From a bacterium (lineage in GTDB: Bacteria > UBA8248), in contig OZ244799.1 in assembly GCA_965219955.1 (NCBI GenBank), positions 3,296,001-3,360,000 on the forward strand: DNA of 64,000 bases, given 5' to 3'. Below, in pieces: positions 39,282 through 51,603 of the stretch. The notes beneath the pieces are model-generated. The model searched no databases. It had not been told where the DNA came from and saw nothing but the letters and a program-made list of their open reading frames with translations. The first letter of the stretch is position 1; every line of letters begins with the position of its first letter. The position numbers were made by a program, and so were the translations under genes.

Positions 39282-40000
39282 AAGACAGCAGCGAAAAAAG
39301 ATCTCCGGATGAACAGCTCGCGGCTTTGGTTTTGCGTCTCGCCGCACGCGAACTCCGGACTCCCGCCTCTCACCTCAGAGAAAAGTTTCTCGCCCTGGCC
39401 CAGGAATCAGACCCCTGGAAGGCCCGCGAGGAAATCCAGGATTTATCCGAGAACATCCAGCACTTGAGCCGCCTCATCGAGACCCTCTCCGACGCCGCCG
39501 ACATCGAAGCACAACACGTCAGCCTGGATAGCGACGAAATCAACCTCGCGCACCTGTTCAGCGAACGCATCGGCAAGCGGCTGTGGAATTTTCCGTCTTT
39601 TCGGTTTTTGCCGGAGATGCCGTCCCGGCTCGACATATACGGCGACAGGACGAGGCTCACCTTTCTCATCGACGATTTGCTGGACGCGGCCATACACATC
39701 GCGCCCGAGGGCGGCATCATCCACGCGCTTCTCGCGAGGAAAGACGACCGAATCGTCTTATCGACCACCAACCGCAACGCAGAACTCTCGCGCTCTCGTT
39801 TCGAGTCGTTTATCGACTGGATGGCGAATGACCTGGAGAATCCGGGCGCGCTTCAGGGCATCGGAATCGGTCTTTATCGAAGCTATCTCACCGCCTTCAT
39901 CCTGGGCGGGCACCTGGAGATCACGACATCGCCCGAAGGCGGCGCATCCTTCACCGTCGAGTTCCCCGCACATCATTCACAACGTTCCGATTTTCCATAG
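39278..40000 (+). CDS. Degenerate histidine-kinase-like protein (HisKA + HATPase fold)
   Basis: ARELRTP at the H-box, DDLLDAA at the N-box, GIGIGLY G2 box, GGHL...GGASFTVEFP; TTGA overlap with the NUDIX stop. Confidence 0.72.
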   Translation: MKDSSEKRSPDEQLAALVLRLAARELRTPASHLREKFLALAQESDPWKAREEIQDLSENIQHLSRLIETLSDAADIEAQHVSLDSDEINLAHLFSERIGKRLWNFPSFRFLPEMPSRLDIYGDRTRLTFLIDDLLDAAIHIAPEGGIIHALLARKDDRIVLSTTNRNAELSRSRFESFIDWMANDLENPGALQGIGIGLYRSYLTAFILGGHLEITTSPEGGASFTVEFPAHHSQRSDFP

Positions 40001-40012
40001 GAATCCATCTAC

Positions 40013-41086
40013 ATGAGCGACATCAAGCGAATTTCCGAGGAAGCGCTCGTCCGTTTCGCCACAAAAATCATCATGGCTCTGGGAACTCCCGAGGAGCGCG
40101 CCAGGGTAACGGCGGAAATCCTCGCAGCAGCGGATATGCGCGGAATATCGAGCCACGGCGTGGCGGGCGGCACGGGCTTGCGCGAGCTCGTCGACCGCAT
40201 CCGAAAAGACGCCATCGACCCGAAAGCCACTACGAGCGTCAAGCGAAATGAAAACTGGGCCGTCGCCACCATGGATGCGCAGGCCGGCATCGGCCCGGCG
40301 GCGGCGATGGATGCAACCCGCCTCGCGGGCGATCTGGCGGAAGAATACGGCATCGGAAAAGTCTATGTGCACAACGCGAACCACTTCGGGGCGGCGTGCG
40401 TGTACGTGGAGGCGCTCATCGAACGGGGTCTGGCCGGCCGCGCCACATGCACCTCCGGCGCCTGGATGAAGCCTTTCGGGGGAAACAGGATTCGATTGGG
40501 CACGAACCCAATTGCCTGGGGGGTGCCCGCGGGGGATCAGGCCATCGTCATCGATGCGGCCATGACGCAGCGCGCCGTCAGCCCCGCCATCCGCGCCAGC
40601 CGCGCGGGAGAGGCGATTCCGCCCGATTATTTTCTCGATGAAAACGGAGAGGTCATTTCCGGTCACGTGCCGTATGACGAACTGATCAAAGGCTCCGTTC
40701 TGCCCCTGGGAGGAACGCAGTTCGGCTACAAGGGCTCGGGCCTGGCCGTGCTGGTGGACCTGGACGGCGTCATCGGCGGCGGCGCGACGGAACGCATTCC
40801 GACCCTGCGTGTTCAAGACGATGTCCGCATCACCCAGACGATAGAGGCCTGGAGGCTGGACGCGCTCTATCCCATAGAGGATGCGAAGAGGCGCCTGGCC
40901 GAGGCGGTGAGAGACATCAAAAACTGCGGAGGGGCGGAGATGCTGCTGCCCGGAGAGCGCGAGGCGCGGACAAAACTGGACGCGGAGAAAAACGGCATCC
41001 CCTATGAAGCCAGCCAGTGGGATACGCTCAAAACGTTAGGAGACCTGGTGGGCGTCGATCCGCCCGAAGCCCTTCAGGAGAATTGA
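40013..41086 (+). CDS. Ldh_2-family (malate/L-lactate/sulfolactate) dehydrogenase
   Basis: ADMRGISSHG, NANHFGA, LGTNPIAW, PLGG..GYKGSGL, LPGE. Confidence 0.9.
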   Translation: MSDIKRISEEALVRFATKIIMALGTPEERARVTAEILAAADMRGISSHGVAGGTGLRELVDRIRKDAIDPKATTSVKRNENWAVATMDAQAGIGPAAAMDATRLAGDLAEEYGIGKVYVHNANHFGAACVYVEALIERGLAGRATCTSGAWMKPFGGNRIRLGTNPIAWGVPAGDQAIVIDAAMTQRAVSPAIRASRAGEAIPPDYFLDENGEVISGHVPYDELIKGSVLPLGGTQFGYKGSGLAVLVDLDGVIGGGATERIPTLRVQDDVRITQTIEAWRLDALYPIEDAKRRLAEAVRDIKNCGGAEMLLPGEREARTKLDAEKNGIPYEASQWDTLKTLGDLVGVDPPEALQEN

Positions 41087-41157
41087 TCCGCTGAGCAAGT
41101 TGTTTTCGGTGTTTCGACTGTAGAGCACTCGCCGGAGCCGCATCCCAAAATTGCCGC

Positions 41158-42408
41158 CTAATCGTTTCGTTCCAGGCGAACGGTTTCTATCTGCCGCTCG
41201 TTCGCCGATTGCACGGTGAGCGTCCAGCCCTCAAGCAATATGCACTCGCCTTGCTTCGGGATATGCTCGAAGCGTTCCAGGAGATAGCCCGACAAGGTTT
41301 CGTAGTCCCCATCGGGGACGGGCAAATCCAGCGCCTCGCGCGCATCCTCTACCTCCATGCGGGCATCGACCAGATACCGATCTTCACTCACCTTATGGAA
41401 CATGCGGACTTCGTCGACGTCATACTCGTCAGCGATGTCGCCCACGATCTCCTCCACCAAATCCTCCAAGGTCACGATGCCGGTACAGGCCCCGTATTCA
41501 TCCACCACCACGGCCATCTTGTCCTTTCGGCTCATCAACTCATCGAGAAGCCTGTCGGCGGGCTTCGTCTCCGGCACGAAGTATGCGCTTCGGATGAGGT
41601 CTTCTTTCGCCTTGAGGCGCCCGGCGGCGTCGGGTCCCAGCCCGATAATGTCCCTCGCGTGCACGACGCCGACGATGTGGTGCAGGTTCTCCCTGTAGAT
41701 CAGAATCCTCGAGTGGCCGTCGTCCTCGATTTTTTCGATTACCTCCTCCACCGTGCTCTCTTCCTCCACCGCGGAGAGGTCCACGATGGGCACCAGCACG
41801 TTTTCCATGTCCAACTCACCGAACGTGAAGATGCGGCCGATCATCTGGCGTTCGAGAACCTGCACGTCTCCGTCGCTTTGCTCCTCCATCAGCGTCTCGA
41901 GTTCCTGCCGCGTGACGAAAGGCGTGCTCTCCCCATTTCGCCTTTTCAGCCCCACTACGGCGCCGATGAGCGCGCTGATGAGCCAGACCAGGGGATACAC
42001 GACCAGCCTGGCGCCCCAGACGACGCGCGCCAGCACGGGGGCGAGCACATCGGCGCGGGCCTGGCAATAACCCTTGGGAACCACCTCTCCGAACACCACG
42101 AGCAGCGGGATCACCAAGGCGACCGAGAGCGCCTCCCCATACGCCGGGCCGACGAAATTGATGGCCGCGATGGTGGCCAGGGAAACGTTCGTCACGAAAC
42201 TCGCGTTATGACAGGTGAGAATCGTGCCCATGAGCCATTCGGGTTTTTCCAGAAGTTGCAAGGCGAGATCTGCGCCCCTGTTCCCTCCCTCCGCCTTGGC
42301 GCGCAGACGGGCGCGGTCCGCGGAAACGATGGCGATCTCAGCACCCGAGAACAATGCTTCCGACAGGAGAAGGATGAGACCGATGACGATGACCGAGAAG
42401 ATATCCAC
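41158..42408 (-). CDS. Hemolysin/CNNM-CBS-CorC family membrane protein
   Basis: FSGAEIA, FGEVVPK, CBS pair with VVDEYG..GIVTLEDLVEEIVG, YETLSG. Confidence 0.92.
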   Translation of the reverse strand: MDIFSVIVIGLILLLSEALFSGAEIAIVSADRARLRAKAEGGNRGADLALQLLEKPEWLMGTILTCHNASFVTNVSLATIAAINFVGPAYGEALSVALVIPLLVVFGEVVPKGYCQARADVLAPVLARVVWGARLVVYPLVWLISALIGAVVGLKRRNGESTPFVTRQELETLMEEQSDGDVQVLERQMIGRIFTFGELDMENVLVPIVDLSAVEEESTVEEVIEKIEDDGHSRILIYRENLHHIVGVVHARDIIGLGPDAAGRLKAKEDLIRSAYFVPETKPADRLLDELMSRKDKMAVVVDEYGACTGIVTLEDLVEEIVGDIADEYDVDEVRMFHKVSEDRYLVDARMEVEDAREALDLPVPDGDYETLSGYLLERFEHIPKQGECILLEGWTLTVQSANERQIETVRLERND

Positions 42409-42409
42409 T

Positions 42410-43681
42410 TCAATTATCCTCCCGTCTTCGCGCGCGCACCTGGAGAACGCGGGAACCGCTTGTCTCTACAACCGTGAATTCCACGTTCCCCAGCCGAACC
42501 CGTTCGTTCAGCGTGGGCACATGGCCCAGCAACGTGAAGACCGCACCGCCCAGCGTGTTCGCCTCCTCGTAGTCGGGAAGCTCCCAGCCGCTCACCGCCG
42601 AGAATTCGGCCAGTGGAACACGGCCCTGGCACAGGTATGAATTTTCACCTTCCTTCGTAATCCAGGCCTCCTCGGCCTCTTCGTGTTCATCCTTGATCTC
42701 GCCGAAAATTTCCTCGAGAAGATCCGTCATCGACACCAGGCCGAGGGTGCCGCCGAACTCGTCCTGAACGATGGCGACGTGGGTGCGCTCATGCCGAAAC
42801 CGGCGGAACAGGCGGTCGAGCTTCATCCCGCCCGGAACCACGAGGGGGGGACGCAGCATCTGTTTCGTCAGGCGCTCCTCGGGACCGAAATTCTTTCGCC
42901 CCGCCTGGCGCAGAAAATCCTTGACGTAAAGAATACCCACTATCTGATCCCTGTCCTGCCGGAAAATCGGGATGCGTGAATGCGTCGCCGTGCGGACGCG
43001 ATCGATCACCTCGACGATAGGCAGGCTCATCTCCCAACACTCCAGATCCATGCGGGGCACGGCCACGTCGGCCACGGTTCGGTCGTGAAAGCCGAACACG
43101 TTGTGAATGAGTTCGCGCTCGCCTTCTTCGAGTTCGCCTTCGGCATGGCCCGCGTCCACGAGATGCAGGAATTCGTCTTCCATCAGAATGCTCTGGGAAT
43201 CGCGCGAGGGCGCTCCCATCAAGGTGAGCACGCCGTTCGCCACCCGCAAGAACATCCACCGCAGCGGCGAGATGATTCGCGCGAAGAGAGATATGGGAGA
43301 CGCCAGGAACCGCGAGAACCGCTCCGGATACCGCGCCGCCAGGGATTTGGGTGTGATCTCGCCGAATACCATGAGCAGCGGCGTCATGAAGACGGGCGCG
43401 AGCCACCTCTTCTCGGGCTCCAGGTAAGCCACCACGACGCCCGTGAACAGCGCAGAGGAAGCGATGTTCACGATTTCGTTGCCCATCAAAATAGAGGTGA
43501 TCAACCGCCTGGGCCTGTCCAGAAGGTCGGATATCCTCTCTCCCGTGCCGCCTTCCCGGCGCATGGCCCGCACCCTGGGACGCGGAAGGGAGAACAGCGC
43601 CGTCTCACTGGCCGAGAATCCGGCGGAGCAAAGCATGAGGAAAACGAAAGCGACAAACCGGAAAAGCAGGTCGGCATCCAT
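42410..43681 (-). CDS. Hemolysin/CNNM-CBS-CorC family membrane protein (tandem paralog)
   Basis: FSASETALFS, FGEITPK, HSRIPI, DEFGG..MTDLLEEIFGEI. Confidence 0.92.
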   Translation of the reverse strand: MDADLLFRFVAFVFLMLCSAGFSASETALFSLPRPRVRAMRREGGTGERISDLLDRPRRLITSILMGNEIVNIASSALFTGVVVAYLEPEKRWLAPVFMTPLLMVFGEITPKSLAARYPERFSRFLASPISLFARIISPLRWMFLRVANGVLTLMGAPSRDSQSILMEDEFLHLVDAGHAEGELEEGERELIHNVFGFHDRTVADVAVPRMDLECWEMSLPIVEVIDRVRTATHSRIPIFRQDRDQIVGILYVKDFLRQAGRKNFGPEERLTKQMLRPPLVVPGGMKLDRLFRRFRHERTHVAIVQDEFGGTLGLVSMTDLLEEIFGEIKDEHEEAEEAWITKEGENSYLCQGRVPLAEFSAVSGWELPDYEEANTLGGAVFTLLGHVPTLNERVRLGNVEFTVVETSGSRVLQVRARRREDN

Positions 43682-43757
43682 CAGTCAATGCCTCCCGGCT
43701 GATCGGGATGAAGATGTATGAACCCCGGAGGTTCGGGGTCAGGCGCAGGTTCTTCCG

Positions 43758-44639
43758 CTACCATGAGGCTGTCAATCTCCTTAAATAATTTCGAAACGCA
43801 GGGCCGATATCCTCACGATCCAGTGCGAACTCGACCGTTGCCTCCAAGAAACCAAGTTTATCACCTGCGTCAAAGCGCTTCCCTTCGTACTCATAGGCGT
43901 AAAGCCTGGTATGTTCCAGCAGACCCCGCAACCCGTCGGTGAGCTGAATCTCTCCTTTCGCATCCGGCCTCAGGCGTTCGAGGACCGAGAAAATCTCCGG
44001 CGGCAAAACGTAGCGGCCGATGATGGCGACGTCCGAGGGCGCATCTTCCGGCTCCGGTTTTTCCACCATCCCCTTGAGCGGCGTGACGCCCGGGGCGGGC
44101 GACGGCTCGCCGGAAGGATCGATGACGCCGTATTTGGAGAGCGCGTGCTTTTCGACCCGCAGCCCCGCGACCACGCCGCCGCCATGCGCATCGAATACGC
44201 GCACCAGCTGGCCGATGGCGGGCTCTTCGCTCCTGATAACGTCATCGGACAATATGACGGCGAAAGGCTCATCGCCCACAGCCGGCTTCGCGCACAAGAT
44301 CGCATGACCCAAGCCCAAAGGACGCTTCTGGCGGATGGACGTGATGCGCGCTTTCTGCGAAATTTCCTCCACCACGGCCAACAATCTTTCCTCACCCCTG
44401 TCGCGCAGATAGGATTCCACCTCGAACGCCACATCAAAGTGGTCCACCATCGAAACCTTTCCGCGTCCGGTGATGAAGACGATCTCCTCGATGCCGGCGT
44501 CCAGGGCCTCCTGCACGCCGAACTGGATTTGCGGAATGTCCACGATGGGGAGCATCTCTTTCGGGATCACCTTGGTGGCGGGCAAAAACCGCGTGCCGAG
44601 TCCCGCCACAGGAAAAACAGCCTTGCGAACCCGGCTCAT
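43758..44639 (-). CDS. galU: UTP--glucose-1-phosphate uridylyltransferase
   Basis: KAVFPVAGLGTRFLPATK..PKEMLPIVD, PLGLGHA, VEKP, GEIQLTD. Confidence 0.96.
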   Translation of the reverse strand: MSRVRKAVFPVAGLGTRFLPATKVIPKEMLPIVDIPQIQFGVQEALDAGIEEIVFITGRGKVSMVDHFDVAFEVESYLRDRGEERLLAVVEEISQKARITSIRQKRPLGLGHAILCAKPAVGDEPFAVILSDDVIRSEEPAIGQLVRVFDAHGGGVVAGLRVEKHALSKYGVIDPSGEPSPAPGVTPLKGMVEKPEPEDAPSDVAIIGRYVLPPEIFSVLERLRPDAKGEIQLTDGLRGLLEHTRLYAYEYEGKRFDAGDKLGFLEATVEFALDREDIGPAFRNYLRRLTASW

Positions 44640-44727
44640 GAGAAGGTTCCCATGAGAATAAAGATGTGTCGGTGCGTGTGATTACGTGACATTTGCCCTC
44701 GATCATAAAAAAAGGCGCAAGCCGAGG

Positions 44728-46827
<2,100 letters not shown>

Positions 46828-47856
46828 CTAGAGGGATTCGAGACGCTTTCTGGCGTCGGACGCCGCGCTCGAATCCGGATATTTGGCAATTACCTGGCCG
46901 AGCAACTCCATGGCGCTCGCGCGATCGTCTATATGCAAAAACGAGAGCGCTTCCAGAAGAAGGGCTTCCGGCGCCTTGTCCCCGTTGGCGAAATCGACCT
47001 GAACCTTGTTGAACGCCAGAATGGCGCGCTCGAAATTCTTCTCCTGATAATAAGACTGCCCTATCCAGTATTGCGCGTCATCCGCCAACTCATGCTTAGG
47101 ATATTCGGAGATGAACCCGTTCAGCAGGGTGCGCGCCTTTGTGAAATTTCTCTCATCGCGCAGGACGCGGATGGCCTTTGTGTAGTCTTCTTCCGGATCG
47201 GGCGGTCTCGGCGCGGGCGCCGGCTGTTGGGGTCGACTCACAGGCTCTTTGGGAATGACGGCAATCCGCTCGTCTGCAACGGGCCGGCCCGCTGCCTGAG
47301 CGTTCTGGTTTAGCGGCAAGCCTGCGGACGTAATTCGGGGGTTGGCGGGAGGAATGCCTACAGGCGGCATCCGGGACGGCGCACCCACCGTCGTGACGAC
47401 AACCTCCACTTTTTTCTTCGCAGCCACCACAGGAGGCTTCGTGCGCAGCCGGTTCACCTCATTTTCGAGCTTCTCGATTCGTTCTTCAAGTTTCGCGATG
47501 GCCTTCTCTGTTTTTTCCTCTGCTTTTTCGAGAGATTTCTCGGAATCCTTGCGCGCGCGCTCCACCTCATCCGTGACCCCTTGAATCGCTTCGCGCGTCT
47601 CCTCGATACGCTGCTCCTGGTTGCGCATTCCGCGCCTGAGCCCTTGCAGATTCTGCTCGATCGCCGAAACATCGACTGGTGGATTCTGCACGGCGACCTG
47701 AGCGGGCGGGGCGGCACGAGGCGGTGCATTCGCTCCCGAGACGACTGCTCCACCAGAGCCGCCCGCAGGTGAGTTCGTCTCGGGACAACCAAGCAGAACC
47801 AGAGAGAGTGCGGCCAACGGAATGATTCGAAGCCTGGAAGTCTTGAAAGTTCTCAT
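46828..47856 (-). CDS. cpoB: Tol-Pal protein CpoB/YbgF (lipoprotein-like N-terminus, coiled coil, TPR)
   Basis: LLGC lipobox, coiled coil, ADDAQYWIGQSYY...DKAPEALL..YPDS; follows pal. Confidence 0.85.
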   Translation of the reverse strand: MRTFKTSRLRIIPLAALSLVLLGCPETNSPAGGSGGAVVSGANAPPRAAPPAQVAVQNPPVDVSAIEQNLQGLRRGMRNQEQRIEETREAIQGVTDEVERARKDSEKSLEKAEEKTEKAIAKLEERIEKLENEVNRLRTKPPVVAAKKKVEVVVTTVGAPSRMPPVGIPPANPRITSAGLPLNQNAQAAGRPVADERIAVIPKEPVSRPQQPAPAPRPPDPEEDYTKAIRVLRDERNFTKARTLLNGFISEYPKHELADDAQYWIGQSYYQEKNFERAILAFNKVQVDFANGDKAPEALLLEALSFLHIDDRASAMELLGQVIAKYPDSSAASDARKRLESL

Positions 47857-47924
47857 AAAGAAAAACTCCCCGGCGGCCTGTGCCGACGGGGAGTCCTTTT
47901 CCTTTGCGCAGGACTGCCGGGCGA

Positions 47925-48518
47925 CTAGTTCATGCCCGCCGGAATGCCGCCGATGACGTTGAACTTCGCCCGACGGTTCTTGGCCCATCCCGCTTCGTTG
48001 GAGCGCGAGTCGGCCGGACGCTCTTCGCCATAACTCACCGTATCGACCCGGGAGGACTTGACGCCGAGCGACACGAGATAATCCTTGGAACTCTGTGAGC
48101 GCCGATGCCCGAGCGCGATGTTGTATTCCACCGTTCCGCGCTCGTCGCAATGCCCCTCGACCTGCACCCGGATGCTCGGAAACTCCTGCAGGAAGCGGGC
48201 CTTGGCATCCAGGGTCGCGCGCATGTCGGAGCGGATTTCCGATTTATCGAAATCGAAGTACACCAGATCATTCTCAAACGCGGCCAACGAGCGCTTGAAA
48301 GCGGCGCGCTTGCGACGACGCTCCGCCTCCGTCACATCCATTTCCTTTTTCTTCATGGGTGGTTTGGGAGCTGGCTTTTCTCTCACCATGGGAGCCGGCG
48401 GTTTGGGCGGCGGCAGTTCTTCGGTTTCCACCGTTTGCTTCACGCAACCTACGGCGAATACGAGCATCGCAGCCATCAGCAAGGATTGAAAAGATTTAAT
48501 ACGGCCCGATAACAACAT
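47925..48518 (-). CDS. pal: Peptidoglycan-associated lipoprotein
   Basis: AVGC lipobox; VYFDFDKS, VEGHCDERGTVEYNIALG, SYGEERP, KNRRA. Confidence 0.95.
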   Translation of the reverse strand: MLLSGRIKSFQSLLMAAMLVFAVGCVKQTVETEELPPPKPPAPMVREKPAPKPPMKKKEMDVTEAERRRKRAAFKRSLAAFENDLVYFDFDKSEIRSDMRATLDAKARFLQEFPSIRVQVEGHCDERGTVEYNIALGHRRSQSSKDYLVSLGVKSSRVDTVSYGEERPADSRSNEAGWAKNRRAKFNVIGGIPAGMN

Positions 48519-48631
48519 GCAGACATCCCCCTCGGAGTCTTTAGTTCGTATGTGTTCAGAGTGAGAAGCGTGATACACCACGGAGCGGAAACTCTTCCCC
48601 TCTTCATTCATCCCTAGTTATACGGCTAGGA

Positions 48632-48660
48632 AGTATAAAGGGCGATTGCGCGATGAGCAA
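48632..48660 (-). promoter_or_regulatory. Candidate internal sigma70 promoter for pal-cpoB
   Basis: Minus strand TTGCTC-17 bp-TATACT in the tolB-pal gap. Confidence 0.5.
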
Positions 48661-48706
48661 GCCCGTTTCTTGTTTTTTCAAGAGATATATCCCGATTTTC
48701 AACATT

Positions 48707-50068
48707 TCATCTCGAGGTGGGCGACCAGGCGGGCTCCTGTCCGGGTTGAAGGCGCTTGAGTTGCGTGCCCGCGGAGGTCATCACATATACATATTTCCGG
48801 CCGGTCCGATCGGAGGAAAAGGCGATGTGCCGCCCATCGGGAGACCAGGTGGGCGATTCGTTGCGCCCCTGGCTGCCCGTGAGGCGGCGCACGTCTCTGC
48901 CGTCGGGGGTCATGGTGACGATGTCGATTTCCTTGCCCCTCTTGATGCGGCTCGTCAGGGCGATCCTGTCTCCCCGGGGGCTCCACTCGGGTTCGGTATT
49001 GTATTTTCTCGTGTATTTTCCTTTGTACGTGATGCGCTTCGGGCTGGAGCCGTCGACGTTCATGACGTAGATGTGAGGATTCCCCGAACGGCTCGAGGTG
49101 AAGGCGATCTTCTTGCCGTCCGGCGAGAAGGTGGGAGACACGTCGATCCCGAAGCTCCGCGTGAGCCTTCTCTTCACGCGGGTGCGCAAGTCGTAGCGGA
49201 AAATCTCGTAGTTCCGTCCCACGAATTCGGAAAACGCGAAATAGCGCGAATTCGGAGAAAAGGCGCCTCCGATGGCCTGCGCGCGGGAAGAACTCACCTT
49301 GAACTCGCGCGCGCCGTTCGTGGGCAGCAGAAACACGCCGGGGGGCCTGGATTTGAACGAAGAATACGCCATCCACCTTCCGTCCGGAGACCACGCGGGC
49401 GTGTTGTTCCCCATGCCGTTGCGCGTCACGCGCCTGAGTTCGGCGCCGTCCCAGTCCATGATGTAAATCTCCCCGCGCTCTTTGAGCGAACGCCGCGAGA
49501 CGAATGCGATTTGCGTGTCGAACACCCCCTTCTCTCCCGTAAATCGCTCGATCACAGCGTTGGCGAACCTGTGCGCCAGCAAGCGCCATCCGCTCCTGGG
49601 GTAGCGGTAGCGCTTGCCGAGTTCCTGGGCGGAGCGGAGCGTGTCGTACAGGTAGACTTCCGCGGTGATGGTTTTTCCCGTGATGGTGTAGCCGCCCTTG
49701 ATGAGGGCATCCACCTTGACGACCTTGCTCCAGTCGGAGAAGCGCTGCTCGTCCCTTCGAATCCCCGCGCGCATGGGGTTCTCCAGATAGCCCTTGCGGT
49801 CGGGTATGAAGAACAGGCCGCTGCGCCTGAGGTCTGATTCGATGACTTGCGCGATCTTGAGGCCCAGCGGGTCGCGCCCGGAATCCAGGGGGCGAAACTC
49901 GGGGACAGCCAATCGAATTTTTCTGGCCGTGGGGGAATAGATGTCGATGAACTCACGCGCGGCTTGCGCAGCTTGAGGCCATGAGAAAACCATGACGATG
50001 AGAAAAACCGCCCAATGAAGCATGGGGCCCTCACGCCTGTTCGGTCTGGTTTGAATTTTTTCTCGCAT
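48707..50068 (-). CDS. tolB: Tol-Pal beta-propeller protein TolB
   Basis: DLRRSGLF, AHRFAN..FTGEKGVFDTQIAFV, repeated PxWSPDG (PD40); ATGA overlap with tolA. Confidence 0.93.
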   Translation of the reverse strand: MREKIQTRPNRREGPMLHWAVFLIVMVFSWPQAAQAAREFIDIYSPTARKIRLAVPEFRPLDSGRDPLGLKIAQVIESDLRRSGLFFIPDRKGYLENPMRAGIRRDEQRFSDWSKVVKVDALIKGGYTITGKTITAEVYLYDTLRSAQELGKRYRYPRSGWRLLAHRFANAVIERFTGEKGVFDTQIAFVSRRSLKERGEIYIMDWDGAELRRVTRNGMGNNTPAWSPDGRWMAYSSFKSRPPGVFLLPTNGAREFKVSSSRAQAIGGAFSPNSRYFAFSEFVGRNYEIFRYDLRTRVKRRLTRSFGIDVSPTFSPDGKKIAFTSSRSGNPHIYVMNVDGSSPKRITYKGKYTRKYNTEPEWSPRGDRIALTSRIKRGKEIDIVTMTPDGRDVRRLTGSQGRNESPTWSPDGRHIAFSSDRTGRKYVYVMTSAGTQLKRLQPGQEPAWSPTSR

Positions 50069-51132
50069 CAACGGCAAAAATCCTCTCCGCAGAATCGAAA
50101 ACCGAGCAAAAGCCAGTTTTCCTTTATCGTATCGGGCGGCTTGGGCAGGGAGGGTTCGGCGGCCCGCTGCACGGCGCGCAGCGCCGCCTGATCGTAAATG
50201 TGGTTCCCGCTGTAGCGCACGACCCGCAAATTGCGGTAATTCCCTCCCCGGTCCACGTCTATCGTGACGTCGGTCTTGAGTCGGCTCAAATCTGCAATAC
50301 CGGGCGGCACGGACCAGAAACCCCGGATGCGCTCCGCCAGAAGTCCATAATATCGCTCCTTTTCGGTTCGCGCGACGCCGCCGCTGCCGCCCGCGCGGCT
50401 GCCGCCGCCCTGGCCGTCGCCTCCCCCCTCGCCGGCGTATCCCTTACGAGGCGCCCGGCGCTTGGGCACGAGGTCCGCTTTCGCGAGACGATCATCGCTC
50501 TTCCAGTCATCGCGGGGCTGCTTCTTCGTTTCCGCCGGCTTGTTCTTTTCGTTTTTCTTGAAACGATTGCGCCAGCGCTTGGCGCGCGCTCTACGATCGC
50601 GTATCCGCTTGAGACGCGCTTCGCGTACAGGGTCGCGCTTTTTCTTTTTCCGAACGACCTTTTTGTTATTCTTTTCTTTCCCGGTCTTGATTCGCCGGAC
50701 ATTCCTGGTGGGTTTCTTTTTCTTCTTGACGACCTTTTTTTTCTTCACCCTGGCGGGCGCGGTTTTTTTCTTGGGCGCCGCTATCTTCCTCGCCCCCTCG
50801 TCCGGCCCTTTTCGGGGGGCGGGCGCTTCCATGTCCTCGGGCCGGTCGCCGGACGTTCCCCGCGCCGAACCGCCCGGAATTTCATCCGCTCCCACCAGGC
50901 TGACGGCCGTCCCGCTTCCGAAAAACCGGTATTTCGGCTGAGAGGGCGCCAGGCTCACCCAGACGAAGAGCGCCGCGTGCAAAACGGCCGAAGCCGCCAG
51001 CGCCCGGAGAAAACGGCGGTCGCGGAGCAACCCGGCCTTCTTGCCGTTCTTCACCCGAAGGCCCGCGCCGCGGCGGGGTGGGCGTGCGCCTGGGGAATTG
51101 GAATCTTGCGGGAACTCCGGTTTTTTATTCAT
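50068..51132 (-). CDS. tolA: TolA / TonB C-terminal domain protein
   Basis: Single TM with SAVLH, long Lys/Arg-rich linker, C-terminal W..P...SGN..YDQAALRAV; lies between tolR and tolB. Confidence 0.8.
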   Translation of the reverse strand: MNKKPEFPQDSNSPGARPPRRGAGLRVKNGKKAGLLRDRRFLRALAASAVLHAALFVWVSLAPSQPKYRFFGSGTAVSLVGADEIPGGSARGTSGDRPEDMEAPAPRKGPDEGARKIAAPKKKTAPARVKKKKVVKKKKKPTRNVRRIKTGKEKNNKKVVRKKKKRDPVREARLKRIRDRRARAKRWRNRFKKNEKNKPAETKKQPRDDWKSDDRLAKADLVPKRRAPRKGYAGEGGGDGQGGGSRAGGSGGVARTEKERYYGLLAERIRGFWSVPPGIADLSRLKTDVTIDVDRGGNYRNLRVVRYSGNHIYDQAALRAVQRAAEPSLPKPPDTIKENWLLLGFRFCGEDFCR

Positions 51133-51147
51133 GGGGCCACCGACTTC

Positions 51148-51588
51148 TCAGCGTCTGCGCCGCCCGCCCCGAGAGGATTCCAGGGGGTCGGTCACCATGT
51201 TGAGGCGGCCTATGCCCGCAGCGCGAATGATGGCCATGACCTTCACCACTTCGCCATAAGGAACCGAGCGATCCGCCCTGAGAAAGATTTCCTTGCGCCT
51301 CCTGTCCTTGAAGAGCACCGCGAGCTTCTCCTTGAGCTCGGAGGCGACCAGCGGATTATCATTTATATACATGTCGCGCTTTTTGTCCAACGTGATGACG
51401 ATGGCGTCCTCGGCCACGTTCGCCTTCGCCGCCTGCACCTGCGGCAAATCCACGTTCACGGCCTGGTTCTGCGTCTCTAGCAGGGGCGCCGTGACCATGA
51501 AAATCACCAACAACACCAGCATCACGTCCACGAGCGGCGTGACGTTGATGTCCGAGATGCTCGAACCACGGTTCAGCTTAACGGCCAC
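51148..51588 (-). CDS. tolR: TolR
   Basis: INVTPLVDVMLVLLVIFMVTAP, VDLP, RADRSVPYG. Confidence 0.92.
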   Translation of the reverse strand: MAVKLNRGSSISDINVTPLVDVMLVLLVIFMVTAPLLETQNQAVNVDLPQVQAAKANVAEDAIVITLDKKRDMYINDNPLVASELKEKLAVLFKDRRRKEIFLRADRSVPYGEVVKVMAIIRAAGIGRLNMVTDPLESSRGGRRRR

Positions 51589-51603
51589 GGGAGGCTCCGC
51601 TCG

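Noticed and set aside
41158-43681. Tandem CNNM/CorC paralogs as a novel system
   Set aside because: Adjacent paralog pairs of this family are common, and both look intact and ordinary.
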